Shown: positions 28,196 through 45,502 of the stretch, piece after piece
How the letters are laid out: each line of letters begins with the position of its first letter
Position numbering within the stretch: the stretch's first letter is position 1
Assembly: GCF_009914755.1 (NCBI RefSeq)
Contig: NC_060927.1
Length of the DNA stretch: 64,000 nucleotides
DNA from: the human T2T-CHM13v2.0 reference genome, Homo sapiens
Strand: one strand, 5' to 3'
The notes under the pieces: model-generated
What the model was told of the DNA's origin: nothing
Databases searched by the model: none
Seen by the model: only the letters and a program-made list of their open reading frames with translations
Position numbers and translations under genes: made by a program

Positions 28196-30222
28196 CTAAA
28201 TCAAAGTCTAGGCTTGTTTAGCAAATGCTGCCTATGTTTGCTTCATCCGAAGGAAATGTCAGAGCCTGGGGAGCTGCGCAGACTCAGTACTGTGCCCCCA
28301 GTGCCTCCTTCTACACAAAAATGGTTAACCCTGAGTGATTTCTGAAATCAAAAGCACCTTGCACTCCCTCTTCCACAAAACTAAAGGTAGCATAGCCATA
28401 GAAACAAGAACTCTCTCGGCTGTGACCAGAGCAAACGAGACCAAGCAAAGGCAAGCTGCCCCCCGCCCCCGACCAAAGCATACCCTCACCCGACCTTTGT
28501 GTCCAGCATGCATTCCAGCCCAGGAGCTCCGGCCCGCTGGGCAGAGGCTGCACACCATTCCTGCCAGCATCTAAATCGCTGCTTTCTGGCCTTTCACTGT
28601 CAGGCCACAGAGGGGACTGTGGACTTGGTGCCAGAAAAGAAAATGAAAAGCAAAGTTGAATCTCTGCGGACCATTCTCTGGATGCTGAATGTCCCACTAT
28701 TACATCTCGGCATGACATTTCATGGCCAGCAGGGGAGGAGGCCCAGTCCTGAAAGCTGAACAAACGCCCGGCACACAGGCCTGCCTGCGCCCTCGTAGTC
28801 TCTCTGGACTTATGAATAAAAGATGGAGGTTTTGTCTCTGTTGTTTCCCTGGTACCCTGTAAGAATAACAACTTGTTGCTTTTTGACATTTTAACTTACT
28901 TTGAAAAATGACCAATATTAACTTTACATGTCTTGGCCCTTAAATCTGGAGTGGGGTAAAATGAAAGAAACAAAAGCCATGTAATTAGGTAGAAGATAAT
29001 AATTCAAGTTAAACTAATGAAACTGTCTGTAACGGACTCTAATAAAATAATGTAGGTAACATGCAATCACAGAACTAAAAGGCTAGAAACTGACTTGGAG
29101 GATACGTTTTTAGTAAAGTAGCCTTTACTGGAAATAAAGTTCAATGTTTTCTTAGCACAAAGGAAAGAAATGGCTGAATTTTGGTGTGAGGAAGCAGTCA
29201 ACCGTAAACCTGCCCCGGCCAAACACAGGTCTTTAATAGGAACTCATTCCCCGTCTCTGAGGGCGACATCTATAACTGCAACAAGCCCATGTGAATAGCA
29301 AAAGCCTTGAGCATTCTTGAGAAATAGCACTCCTCATTTTGAGACAGTGTGGTTGATTTCAAATAATCTTTAAGGAAAAAGTTTATTACAGGATAGCACA
29401 AATGACATCCTGCATTTCCTTAGACTCTCAATAAAGTAAAAGGGAAGGCTTAATGTGAAACACTGCATTTTTAAAAAGACAACACAAGACTAAACTGGGT
29501 ACTACTATTAGCACAGATCTCTAAATACAACAATTTCACACAGAAAAAACAAATTTTTCTTATTGCTAAAACTGCATCTACATTTGTTACCAGTTGATAT
29601 GTAAAATCCAACAAAGTCACAATATCACCTTTAGAGGGGTCTTGTCAAAATATTTGAACCTATTCATGAGGAAACAATCAAAAATCCAAATTGTGTACAC
29701 AAGTGGCCTTGACTCTTCAGAATGTGTAGGCTATAAAGGACCGAAAAATAGGTAGAGGAACTGTTCTGTATTAAAGGAGGCTAAAGAGACAGGACATCAA
29801 AAAGCAATGAGTGACCCTTCTCTGCCCCCTAGAATGTGATGCAGAAAGAAATTATGAATGACATTAAAAGGACAAGTGAGGTAAGTGTAGCAAAACGTTA
29901 TGAATTGGTAACTTTAGACAAAGGGGAAATGGGTGTTCATTTTACTGTTATTTCAATTCTTCTACAGATTCGAAAATTTTCAGAATACAAAGGATGGGAG
30001 AAAGAGCACAATAATGGGGAATCCCCATGTGGGGCTGTAAGGGACTCTAATATACAGGTGACTGTATTTTATACATTATATACATACATTTTACACACTA
30101 TATACATTTATATTTACATTTTATATATTATATATACCTGTATTTTGTACAGGTGACTAGCTGCCTGCTTGAGGGGTTGGGGGGTTGGGATGGCAACAAC
30201 TTCATCTTCCTGTATCGTTTCA

Positions 30223-30586
<364 letters not shown>

Positions 30587-31870
30587 GTCATAAATCCATT
30601 TAAAATCTCCTATATGCCTTTCCCTAAAACTCTTCTCCAGCAATTTACCATTCTCACTCTCCTTTTTAGAACTCTTTAAAAGTTCGCTGGCCTGCTGCCC
30701 CCATTATCTACCCCCATCCTTTTTTAATGAGATAAAAGCAATGATTACACTAGTCTTGATCAACTCGAAAACTCTGTACTTTTAAAAATGTGTGACCCTT
30801 TAAGTAAAATAAGAAAGCTCAGTAGATGGGAAATGTGCTCAAGTGAAAAGATGTGGGAGGTAGAATTTGTCTCTCAATGACTTCAAAACCCAAGGAGGAG
30901 AACAATGAGAGGCGGCCTGTCCATAGCAGCACTATAGGGGCAGGTGACAGTCACCTTGGGCATGCCAGCACTGGGAACTCATAGCTCCAGAGGCCCTGAA
31001 GCAGTCTTCCGCCAGCACAACCAGATGTTACATTTTTTCTGCTTAATTTTGGTAAAACTCCATGACGTCCTTCTCAAATTAAAAAGGCAATGCCATTTTT
31101 TTTTGTAAGCCACAGGAGCTATCTTTAGTGAAGCCTTCTAAGGATTTCATTAATTCATAGCCAGCCAACCAGGACTTTTCCCACAGTCTCCCACAAAAAA
31201 GCCCGGGAAGTCACTGATTGCTTGGCTGGATCTGAATATGAGCAGAGGTAAGATCAGAAATATCTAGTTCCTCCCACGGGGAGGCAAGGCATGAAAATCA
31301 AAGCCGGGCAAAAACTCATTTCCACAGCTGGCCGGCAAATCCGCAGCCCCGGAAAGAAGGCAAAGAGCACCTCTGATTATGGACAGACCTTCAAGTGGCT
31401 TCAGAAAATGAAATGCATTCACCACCAGAGGGGAACGAAGCAAACAAAAACGAGACCTGCACCTCTGTTAAGAAGACAAAGTTTCATACAAACTGAGGGC
31501 TGCTGCCAGGGAGTGAGATTTGTTCCGTTCACATCGTTTCAGAAAGTCCAAAACCGGGATGCTTAGTTAGTGCTTAGCAGTAACTTTTCACATTTTTCTC
31601 ATCCACAGCACAGGGTAAAGTAGACAGTCCAAGCAACCCCCTCAAGCAACAGACACTCGGCCAGGTGTGGCTCCCACACAACACCAGCCCACACTCTCCC
31701 TGTCATGAGTGGGAACCTGGCTTGAAGCCCAGCCTCTAACCAGTATGTGGCCCCTGGCAGGAGTGCCAATAACTGTGGTGTGAATGAATAAATTAAGCAT
31801 ATTTTTTATGCTACTCTCAGCACTAACTGCCACATGATTAGCCAATGTTAAGAAAGCAATTTCAGAGGAA

Positions 31871-32280
<410 letters not shown>

Positions 32281-32295
32281 TAGAGTGCTTAGTCA

Positions 32296-32530
32296 TTTAA
32301 GAAACATGTATGGAGAACCTACTATGTGCCAGGCACTGTTCTCGTGATGCAGAAGGGAACAAAACAGGTAAAGACCCCACCCACATGGAGCTGACACTGC
32401 AACGGGGAAGAAGGATGGACAAAGAAAATACTATGTATGTCCCAAGGTGAAAAGTTCGGCAGAGAAAAAGTGAAGAAAAGAGGACAGTGAGCAGCAAGTT
32501 GCTATTGGAAAGAGCATGGTCAGGTCTGAT
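32296..32530 (-). mobile_element. L2 fragment
   Basis: acctactatgtgccaggcactgttct...catggagctgaca. Confidence 0.65.
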
Positions 32531-32573
32531 ACTTCATTATCCTATTTGTCTCCCCTACTAAAACCTAAGCTCT

Positions 32574-32862
<289 letters not shown>

Positions 32863-35800
32863 CTAGAAATCAGACCTAACACACAGAACACACCAATATT
32901 CACTCAATGAATGAATGGCCACTGAGTGTCCCTCTTATCAAACCGTTCACCTGTTGGAGAAATCTTCCAAGCCTCACCACTTCTGACAGAACATACACAG
33001 GCAAACTTCAAGGTGCCCTGTTATCTAGTACCTATATCTTCAACCTTACCATCCCCCGACCAATGAGCCCCCTTCTCCAGCTTTGCCCACATCTTACTTT
33101 CTGCCCAAACTGTCCCCCCAGCGCCTGGGTCCACTCACTGGTCAGGCCCTGCTCAAAGTCCCTTTGGTAAGACCTGTCTTCTTCATCTAAGCCTCCCACG
33201 AACCATTGAAATTCAATTTCTTCCTATAAAAACATCAAATTTGTTTGTTTCTCAATGCATCACTGCAATGTTTGGACACATTCTCATGAAATCTGGAGGG
33301 ATGATGGGGTCGGCCAGGCTTTGTGGCACATGGGAAAGCTAGAGAGTGGTATGGAGAAGCCTCACAGAGAAAAGGGGGCCTCCTCCAAAGCAGGGGAAAC
33401 TGAGGCAGAGCAAAAAGCCAGAGATACTGGGAACCAACTGAGACATGGGCTAAAAAGCCAGAGTTCTAAGGTGGCCTCAAGCAGGGCCTCAGGCAGTTGA
33501 ATGTCAACAAACTGCTTTTCACGGGGGCAGTTCTAGGATGAGGAGCAGCAGAAGCCCGTTCAAGTTTCTCTGGAATGAGTAGGGAAGTGTGGAGAGAGGA
33601 CGGGGAGTGCTCGGTACTGTGGCCCCAGAATCTCTTCCTGAATTTCCCTGTTGTCCAGGCCCCTACTCCTTTGTCTTGCTCCTGGCCCAGACAGGCAGCC
33701 ACTGTGGACGGGGGACTGGTCCCACAACCTAACACAGGGTGGCTGCTCAAAAAAAGGGTCTCCTGCCTCCTCACTCCAAATAAGTCTTTTTGAGCTTCAG
33801 ATACTGAACAGTTACAATAAATCCTAACCGTGTGAGTGCCTGTGCTGCACCCAGAGCAAATGTGCACACTCCAGAGGAAGGGGCCATAAACCGTCACTCA
33901 ACAGAGACCACGCTCAGGCGGCGGACTGCTGCTACATTTGGTCCATACTGCACTGCATTTTCCTCAGATAAAAGGGGGCCGTTTTGGGAGAGAAGAAACC
34001 AGAAATCACCCGGACAGAATAAAATCACAGGGAAAGGGTTTCTAAACCATATGGCCTATCTCAGGAAAACACACCTCTTCGTTCCAAGGAAGCCCTCCCT
34101 TTATCCCATTAACCCTCCCACTCTCGAGTAAAACAGTCCATCGCAGCACAGAAGTCTGGGGACACTGCCAGCATTTTTTAAAGGGTTACTATTCAATGGG
34201 GGGAAAAGATCTACAAAAATGACCAAACAGAACACTTGGAAAAACTCCTAGTTTTGAAGGCAATAAAGTACTTTTTACATCTGAAAAAAAGTTGTATTTA
34301 AGGCCTAATCCCTCATGATTTCAAAAGGATTCATATGAAGTATTCATTTAATGTGTGAAATGTAAATATCCATCCAAACATTTTAATTAATGCTACCAAT
34401 TTCCATTCCGTTTTCAAAGTTGATACTTGAATTTTATATGGCTTTTCTGGTACGTTCAAGCATGCTTCCCTACCATGTAGTAGTTTTAATGAAAAGCCTC
34501 ATGATTAACGTCTATTAGATCAGGTATGGAATGAAGAAAGGTACAATAAAATTACAATTTACTAAGCTTCCAATAATACTTGCCATCTACTGCCCTTTCA
34601 AGTCTTAAGGTACCAGCCATATGCAAATAAGACATTTTAGCATTAGTTTTACCATAAAATGAATGCTTCTTAAATAAGCACAGTAGAGGTAGTTTTCATT
34701 TACACTATTAAATCAGAAAATTTATGAGCCCATTTCCGTTTTAGAAGAGAATTACATGTGTGTTCACATCACATCTTTATTTTGTCGTCCACCCAGTGAT
34801 TTGTTGAGGACAGCTGGTACCTATTAAGTCCCCCCCTTTAAATGTTGTAGCCTTAATTAGCTACATCCACCTTCCCCCAACATTTCCAAACAAGGAACCA
34901 AAGAAAAGGGAATCCATTTTTATCATGGATACTTTGAACAATGGAGTTGCAAACATCAATGTTAACAGTCTCTATTAGAAACTAGTTATTCGTTTTTTAG
35001 GCCACTTCACAAAAACATGGTACAAATGGAGTTTTTGTTATGTAGGTAATTTTTTAAATTGTTCAATTTTTAGTTTCCTGCCTGGTGTTATTAATTAAAA
35101 GCCTTCTTTTAATATATTGTTTGGGAAAGGATGAAGGAGTCTCCCCAGAGATATTCTTGGTATTATTTAAGCTACAGACTTCTTTCTTACTTGGACTTTT
35201 CAGCATATGACTGAACAGGTAGAATCTGCAAATAGAGAAAGCAGCAGGGTGTGGTTTTCTATGAACAGACAACATGCCCTTCCCAGACACCAAAGGGTTT
35301 CCAACTCACACAATGAGAAATTGTTGATTGGATTGCTTTAACCTGCCATATATAGATAAAACACACACTGACTTAATTTACAATGTCGATATCTCTTCTT
35401 TTTTTTTTTTTTTAAAGACACATTTACATTTATGCACTCAGGACTTCAAGTGTGAATTCTGTTCAACAGACTAAATTCTGAGCAAGATAATGGGCCATCT
35501 CAAAGATTCCCCCCTTGGATTTGTTTCTTCAAGACTGGCCCTAGCTTTAATCTGCAGTAAGACTATCTGTTTCAATAGGATGTGATCACTTGAGGGCTTG
35601 TGTCTTTTCAATCAGCCGGTGGCCCTGCCGGGTTTAGAGTGGCAGAGGGGAAGTGGCCTGTGGTTAAACAGAGGAAATACCAAGGCATTTTAATAGAGCA
35701 AATAGTCTCTTTACTTCCCACCGGGAAGAGCTTCAAAGGCTGTGGGCCCCGGAGGAGACAATGTGTTTCGGAGGCCATCAGTCACCTAATCGTGTGTCAG

Positions 35801-36139
35801 GCCCATTCAGAACATCCAAGCAGCCAAGACAAACACTGCCCAGGAGGACAATGCCTCCCACTGGCTGGGCAAGTCTGGCTGGCTGGAGATGGGGCCTGTA
35901 GCTCCAGCACAGACAGCCCCCCGGCTGACTGAGGGCAGGAGCTCTCCAAATTTGGGAGTAGATGGGAAATGGAAAAGGTCTGGCTGCCAGGGCAGGGTGG
36001 CCAGAGAGAGGTCTGCTCTAAGGCCACTGCACCTCTCAACCTGTCAAGCTCCCTGATAGCTGAGCCCTCTCCTCACCCCACATTCTTACAAATCAAGGGT
36101 GGAGGCTCAAGTTCTAGAAGCCTAAAAACCCATCCATCA

Positions 36140-36730
<591 letters not shown>

Positions 36731-37054
36731 TCAGACAAACCCAGCTGTTCTAGGGAGGAACTCAGGGGAAGTGTCAAGTCCTCTTCACTCCAGGCCTCCT
36801 CATCTGCCCCAGGCCAGAGGCACCCATCCAAACTAGCTTCTCCCCCGCCCCGCTTCCCTGCTCCTCCCATCCTCACACTCCCCACCCAGCCTGACCCCTT
36901 TTATCGGTCAGGGCTCTGAGAAAGTCTTCACATTCTTCTCTAAGGCCAGTGACATAATTTAAAGCCAAACTCTGATTTTAAATGTTTAGAATGTGTGTTC
37001 TCCCCTTCTTTGGATTGTGGGACCCCTGTCCCCTAAAACAATAGGTCTCATCCT

Positions 37055-37200
37055 GGTTACAGCATGCGTATCCTCAAAAGAATTTGTTAAAATGCCAATT
37101 CCTGGGCTCCACCTCACTCTCACTCTGATCCCATTAGCTTTCAATCTGCATTTTAACAAGCTCCTGAGGCAATTCTGATACTGGAAGGCCCAGGGTGTCA
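37055..37200. mobile_element. MER5A-like fragment
   Basis: ttgttaaaatgccaattcctgggctccacc...aatctgcattttaacaagctcc. Confidence 0.6.
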
Positions 37201-40055
37201 CTTGGAGAAAAAGTTAACTGCTGGTCTCCTGGTCACGGAGCTATATGCCCAAGTTAATAACTAGCACAATGCCCCAGGCACTGCAGGGGCTTGGGGTTGG
37301 GTGGATGGCTGAGGTTGGGGAGAGAAGGGAGGGCTGCTCAAGAAAGATGGACATGGGCCAGAAGAGTTCCCAATTAACTAGGCAAAACAGGCTGGAAGAA
37401 AGCTTTGCACTGCTTATAAAAACGTCTCTCTAAAAAATGTATCAACCAGGACTGAGTAATTTTTTAACCAAGAATTCTGTAACAGACACAAGAGCATCTG
37501 TAACATGGACAACATGGCCATACGATAGGCAGACCAGATGTGGGCTTAGGAGCCATGAGCTGCAAGTGAATGAAAATGCATCCAATTCAGAATCAAATAA
37601 ACATGTCTGGGCCCACAGCCAAGGATAATTCTTGGATTGGACTTTTATCAGGAACCTAAATTTTAACCAGCTGGAACTTCTCTTTTCCAAGTACCACCCT
37701 ATTCCTTCCTACCTTTTGTGATGAAGTATTTGCCTTAAATGGGAAACTTGCATTTCATTGTAAAGATGATGCCAGCATCCTGGCTTCCCGAATTCCTGAA
37801 GGAGTAGTGTTTTCTTGCAGGGGGAGTAGGAATTATGTTCCAGGGATAATAGACCAGAGAAGGTGGACCCCATTTAGGTAAGGAGGCAAGAAATGTTCCC
37901 TCCTCCCCCACTGCAGGAAAAGCCACTAAATACAAACCTGTGGGAGTAGATTCCTAACTCCTTGTTCCATAAAAAGGCTTCTAGACCAGCAAGACAAGGG
38001 GAGGGAGAACTTCAGTATGAGTGACTGACACAATTAAAGTTATGAACCAAACTTGCTTCTAGTTGCAAACAAAACCATTCCACTCTAGAAGCAAGAGCCA
38101 GTGTAAATGAGGATGGTGTGGTCCCTCTGGAGGTTTTACAAATCATTACTTCTGTGTGAACACAGTATTTATTACTCAAAGAGCAACCTTACCTGGCAAG
38201 GACCCTAAGAGAATTTTTTTTAAGTAGTTGAGGAAGTGTGCCCACAACTCATTTCTAAAACACTGACCTGTGTTCAAGATGGTATCAGCCTCTTAATTGC
38301 CCCACTAATAATGGGGAGGTTGTGAAACCTGACCACTTAAACCAGGCCAGCCCATGGCTCCTCTGGGAGCAGCCCCGAAGGGTCTGTTAGCAGGGCTGCA
38401 GAGGGTTGGCTGGCTGTAGTCACCTTGCAAGTCTTGCAAAAATACACATTCCTGCAAGGGCAAGGGTTCCTGAAACAAATGTTGCCTGGAGATCAAGGGG
38501 GTCATTTGCTCAGCTCTGCTCCAGCACCTAAATCCAGTTTCTCAGGACTTGGTGCTGCACCTTGCTGCCCCCTCTCAGGTTCTGAGTATGGCCCAGGCCC
38601 ACAGAAAGCCTCCTCTGATTTGCATCACATATAGTCGACCCTTATCCTTTTATGTTCCTACAGCCCCACTGTAAGCAACCTTAGAGCTGAGGCCAACATC
38701 TATGGACTAAGTACCTCTTATTTGGTAGGGGACCCAAACATGAATCAAATACTCTAGTCACTGTGTACCAGTACTTCCTAGCTGACTCCCTGACAGAGCA
38801 ACTTCTAGAAGACATGACCTAGGGAGGTGTGGACAGGGACAATTTTTTGCAGAAGTGATGCTAGGGCCGAGAAAGGAAGCTGCAGAGGTGTAAAGGAACA
38901 CAGGCAGGAACAGCATGTGCAAAGACAATGGACCTTGATGCCCTGATCTTTGCCTCTACTTCTTAAAATCTATCAGGAAATACAGGATTTAGCAGGAAGG
39001 CAGCAGGGTCTAATTTGGTTCAGCCAATATTTACAGGGCTCTGACGCCACCAAGATGAGGTTCAGTGCCTGGCTAAAGAAACTAGTCTGAAGACATAGAA
39101 GTGAACAAATACTGACAAAGCTGTCTGATGAGACTAAAGTGCAAGGACCTGCATGAGAAGGTAAAGCAAGGGGCATGGCATTCAGGAGGGCTTCCCTGAG
39201 GAGGTACCACCTGAACTGAGTCTTAAGATAGGCAAGGAATTCTCAAGGGAGGAAAAGGCATCCTGGGAGGAGGGAAAAGCATGTCTTGGAAGCACAGAGG
39301 GCATCCATCCGGAGTTAGGAGCAGGATGAGAAGGGTAGGGGGTGAGGCTGGAAAGGGTGGGAATGCAAAGCATGTGGGGAAACTGGGTCCATGAAATCCA
39401 CCAAGCAGCAAATCCAGGAGACAAGGAACCATGTATCAGCCTGGATGAGCCTGGAATCTGGAACATGGCCCAGAGGCCTCTACGATCGTCCAGGAGGCGA
39501 ATGAGGATGACCCAAGGAAACGATTGGTGGGGCCAAGGCAGGAGCAGCTGAGAAAAGTCACCCCCAACTAGGGGCTGTGGTGGAGAAAACGTCAGCATAA
39601 GTGTGAGGTGACTGGGACAGAGCCACCATTTTATGAGGGTGCAGGTTTGGGAGAGGAGAACACACTCGCACAGGTAGAAGAAAATCACCAGCCTGGCTCC
39701 GTCAGGGCACTACCATACCCCACAGCATGGAAACTTCACGAGTTTTGTACAGTGGCATAAGAAGCCACCTTGGCAACTGCAGCAAAACAGTGAATCGGAC
39801 TGATTTACCTACGCCATCACATGAACACTCAAAATAAAACGCCTGTGATATTGTAGTCATTCAAAAGCCAATAGGAGTCTAAATCCAAAATTCTAGTAGG
39901 ATCCTTAAGTCAACACGAGATCCTCCTTGAGGAAACTTGCTAGCTACTAAAATTTTTTTAAACAATAAAACAAGAGCAGTAATGTTTTACTGAAATGGAA
40001 CACAGTAAGAAAATGTGATGCTTTACTCAACTAGGAAGGAATGACAGAGCCTAAT

Positions 40056-40099
40056 GGGGCGGGGGGGGGGGGGGGGGGGGAAGGGGGTGGCGGGGGCGG
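40056..40099 (+). repeat. Poly-G tract (G20 at 40061-40080) with flanking G-runs
   Basis: ggggc(g)20aagggggtggcgggggcgg. Confidence 0.95.
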
Positions 40100-41204
40100 A
40101 GGCAGAGCAGGGGTCATAGCCGTCTCCATAGCTTAGCTACTGAGTCTGAAGACATCCCAGCTGTCTGGCTCACACCTGGTTTTCTGCACCACATTTCTTG
40201 GGACTGTGGGGCAAGTGAGCTTGGAGGCACCAGCCTGCGTGCCTAAGGGAGTGTTATGTCCTAGGTTTTGGCTGTGCTGAGGCTGTTTAGAGCCACCCAG
40301 AAGAGGCTGAGTCAACGTTCGCCTAAGCAAACCACTCCATACCTATCCCTCAGCCCAGCAATACTAAGGAAATTCTCATTTCATCCCATTTTTCATATGA
40401 AGAAATTGAGGCTCATGGCTCCCCAGGAGCAGAGCCAAGGTCATGTCCCTGCTGCCTGAGTGCAAAGCCTACGTTTTCTCCACAAGCTTAAGGCCGTGAG
40501 TGCCCTGACGCCGGGCCCACCCGGGCCTCGGTGGGAGACTCGGGGCAGACGGACATCATCTCCAGGTTCTGGGGCCGCCCAAGGCCAGAAGCCCAGGTAG
40601 GGAGCAGGGAAGCTGAGAGGGGAATGGCAATCACCCGCGCCCATCGCCCAGACAGTGTCAAAGGAGCGCTCGGTTCCACGAAGACGGCTCAATGCACACG
40701 GCGAAAGTCTGGGCACCTCTCCAGTCTCGTCTCAGGCACCTCACCCAGATGACACCCACGCGGCCCTTTGGCGGAAAAATATCCGCAACTCGAAGCAGGG
40801 AAGGAGGATATCAGCCGCGAGACCTTCACAAGACGAAGGGCTGAACCGGGAGGCGAAGTTTCTCAGGAGGTCCCGGAGTCAGAGGAGGGGTAGGAGTGGG
40901 GTGACGGCCCCAGGCGAGGAGGAACAAAGCTACTAGAAGAGCGGGGCGCATCCCTCCCCGGTGCTCCAAGTCCCCTCTCCGGCCGCCCGGGCCTTAGCAG
41001 GGTTGTGGACTGAAAGTCCGGGAGAATACCCCCTTCCCTCTCCAAAGCGCAACCCGGTCCGGGTGGCTCGGGGGATCCCAGCCCGGGACACGCAGCCCTG
41101 GGACGAAGGAGGTCCCGGGCCAAGAACAAAGGGTGGGGCGCCCGGCCCAGCCCCGCCGCCCCTCACGCCCGCCCTCTGAATGGGACCCCGGCCGGCGGCC
41201 GCAC

Positions 41205-41850
<646 letters not shown>

Positions 41851-42663
41851 TTAGTAGATCTTTTTTTAATCCAAAGGATTTGTCCAAGTGATGCTCACTC
41901 TATGCAAAACCTGAGGAAAACACAAAGAATGTAATAATAATAATTTTAATAATAATTTAATAAACACCTGCTATGTGCCAGACCCCTTTCTGTATACGCC
42001 CAACCACACAAGGAAGTGTATTATTGTTATCCCAGTTTTAGGCGCAGAAAAGTTAGGGGAACGTGACAGAGAAATCCTGGCTCCACATTTACTAGTAGGA
42101 CTTTGGACAAAAGGCTTGCTGTCTCCACAATACTTCCTCACCACAACCCCCCGTCCCCCTCACCCTCCTGGAAGCTAGAATAAGTATCCTAGTCAGGGGA
42201 GAGTTCTGTTGGTTGAAACATAACAAGTGCTCCATAAAGGCTACAATCTATCATTAACTGACTCTCATAAGGTCACACAGCTGTTACCTGCCAGACCTGA
42301 GATCCAATCCAGACCTGACTAAAAACAATACTCTCAGCTACTACACTTGTCAAACATAACCTCATGAAGTGGATATTATTTCTGTTTGGAAGAGGAAACT
42401 GAGGCTCAGAGAAGTGGAGTAGCCCAAGCTATCCAGAGTTTCACCGCACTCTTCCCAGCGCTTTGCCTTTTATCTGAGCACCTAAACTCTCCCACTTTGT
42501 CCCTCTCCACTACCCCCTTCCTCAAGAATACCACCTCCTCTTCCTAAGGGCTTTTTCTACTTCTGACTTTGTCCCCGTGTCCGATACATTTCTCCAGCCT
42601 GGATCCAAAGTTATCTTCCAAAAACACAAATCAGACTACTGACTTATCCCAATTAAAACTCTA

Positions 42664-42831
42664 GGCTGAGTGCAGTGGCCAATCCTAGAGGATCGCTTGA
42701 GTTCAGGAGTTAGAGGTAACAGTGAGCTATGATCCTGCCAACCGCACTGAAGCCTGAGTGACACAGTAAGACCCTGTCTCTAAAAACAAACAAACAAACA
42801 AACCTACCACCACCAACAACAACAAAAAAAA
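42664..42831 (+). mobile_element. Alu monomer/fragment (FLAM-like)
   Basis: gaggatcgcttgag...cagtgagctatgatc...gaccctgtctc and A-rich tail. Confidence 0.8.
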
Positions 42832-44056
42832 ACAGTAAAATTATGTGTTCTGTGTTTGGAGGAGGATTAATAAAAATAAAATCAATAAATAAAACTGTTC
42901 TATGGTGGCTCTTATGCAAAGGCCATTTAGAATAAAATCCATACTGGCTTTCTCTTCCACTCTGTCTTTACCACCTGGCTCCTGCTGCACAGAACTACCC
43001 CCAGCCCCAGCCTTATCTTGGTCTTTTTGCCTCAGGAAACCTTGGAAATTGTCACCTCCGTCCATTCAACAGGGCAGCCTCCTCTATATGACTCTCCTTC
43101 CAGGGCCCAGAATCCCCTCCCTCTCCTTCTCTGGCCTGGCCTAAGCTCAGCCACTGCTAACACAGGATTCCTGCACTTTCTCTTGTGGCTTGTGTCTCCA
43201 CCACCCTGCCCACACGTCCTTGGAGGGCTTAAGTGGAGGAAGAGAACTCTTCTTGGTAATGCTAGCAGAAGTCTTGGGGATTTGCTTGGAAGTAGCTACA
43301 TCTAGAACCAAGGAGTAGAGCCAGCCTCACCTGAACTTCAGGGGCTGGAAGTGTGAAACAGTGCTTGCCCAAAGGAACACTGACATTATTGCCAGGGAGA
43401 GGGAGAATGGGTGCTGGGTTCCCCAAACAACAGCATCCACCTCAAGACCCAGATGCTGGGCAGAATTTTTTTTTTTTTTACCTCACTGCCTGGAATTCAG
43501 GAATTCAGCCAGACCCAGTGAGGTTTACCATACCCTCTTCAGACACCAGAATAGCTAGGATCCACAGAAGGCTGTTCTGGAGTAGCCTTCTGTGAATAGA
43601 CCTCAGGAAGCACATCACTCCTTTGGAGGAGCTGCTGGTTCAGTGCCTCCCTACCCTCCCTCACATTCTTGGTACTGTCCCTGGGTTGTTCTCAGCCCCC
43701 ACAGCAAGGATGTCCAGCGTTTGGCCATGAGAGTCAGGGGTGCCAGGGGCTGAGATGAGGCCAGGACCATATGGGTTTTGGTGAAACAGGGAGGAAACAA
43801 TGAGGCGACCAGCTCCTTAATCTATGTGACATTCCAGCCTATACATGCTTTATAACTTATTAAACAACCCCATGCTAAGGGACATCTGTTAGAATCAGTG
43901 ATTCAAAAATACCCTAACACACTTACCTTGACACATTGATTCAATGATTTTATACATTTCTAGAATCAGAATTGCTGGATTATGCACATTTAAAATTGTC
44001 AAACTGTTCATTATGGTATTATCACCATCTTAATTGGCTTCTCTGGTTGCGAATGA

Positions 44057-44398
<342 letters not shown>

Positions 44399-44959
44399 CA
44401 TTTGTCCTCTTTCAGGAATTGGACTCCAGGAAAAGGAGCAGTACTTAGCACTTACAAGAGAAAGAGAACCTCAAGGAGAACATTGGTTAGAGAAAACTGT
44501 TTCTCCCTGGGTTTTACTCATGTCACCATATGATTGCATGACAGGGAAGGCAGAGCCCCACTCCTGCTCCCTTTCTGTCTGCACACCCACCCACTATTGA
44601 ATTCCCTCCCATCCACAGCTCACTGCAGAATCTGGCAACCGACAGCCTCTGAAAACATGCTGCAGGGTTCAGAGAGAGCACAAGCTTTCCTGAAGCCATG
44701 TGGAGGGCACAAGAAGGAAAAGCCTTAAGCGTCCAGTCTAAAACATGCCTAGAATGACATCCCTCAGGACCAGGGATGGGGAGGCCCTCCTATTTCCTTT
44801 CTAGGAAGGCCACCAGCATGTATGTGAGTGGGAGGAGAGCCACAGACACCAAAGGGTCAAATCTGGTCAGGAAATTAAGGTTGTAAATTGGCATTTGGCA
44901 ACATTCTCTGTATTCTGGTCTTTCCCATTGATTCTTTCTCCCATCTCCTCCTTTCTGGT

Positions 44960-45286
<327 letters not shown>

Positions 45287-45502
45287 TCTCCATCTCCTCT
45301 TTTTATCCCAACCCTTCAGAATAGCTGTAAGGCTGCAGGGAGTGGACCTCTCTGTCCTGGAAGCTGAGCTAAAATGAGGGGACCAGGCCCCACATGCCTT
45401 TCATGGATCACAGTTTCCTCCAGGCCACAGTGGAGCTCAGCTGTGGAGGTGACCAGAAGATGAGCTAGGGAAACCCTCCCTCAATACAACACTTGGTCTC
45501 AC

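Noticed and set aside
28311-28889. 192-aa minus-strand ORF with a good acceptor (ttgttattcttacAG at 28857)
   Set aside because: No recognisable protein similarity, non-ATG start, and no convincing donor at exon-like distance.
39182-39688. 168-aa minus-strand ORF
   Set aside because: Non-ATG start, overlaps L2-like sequence, no homology recognised.
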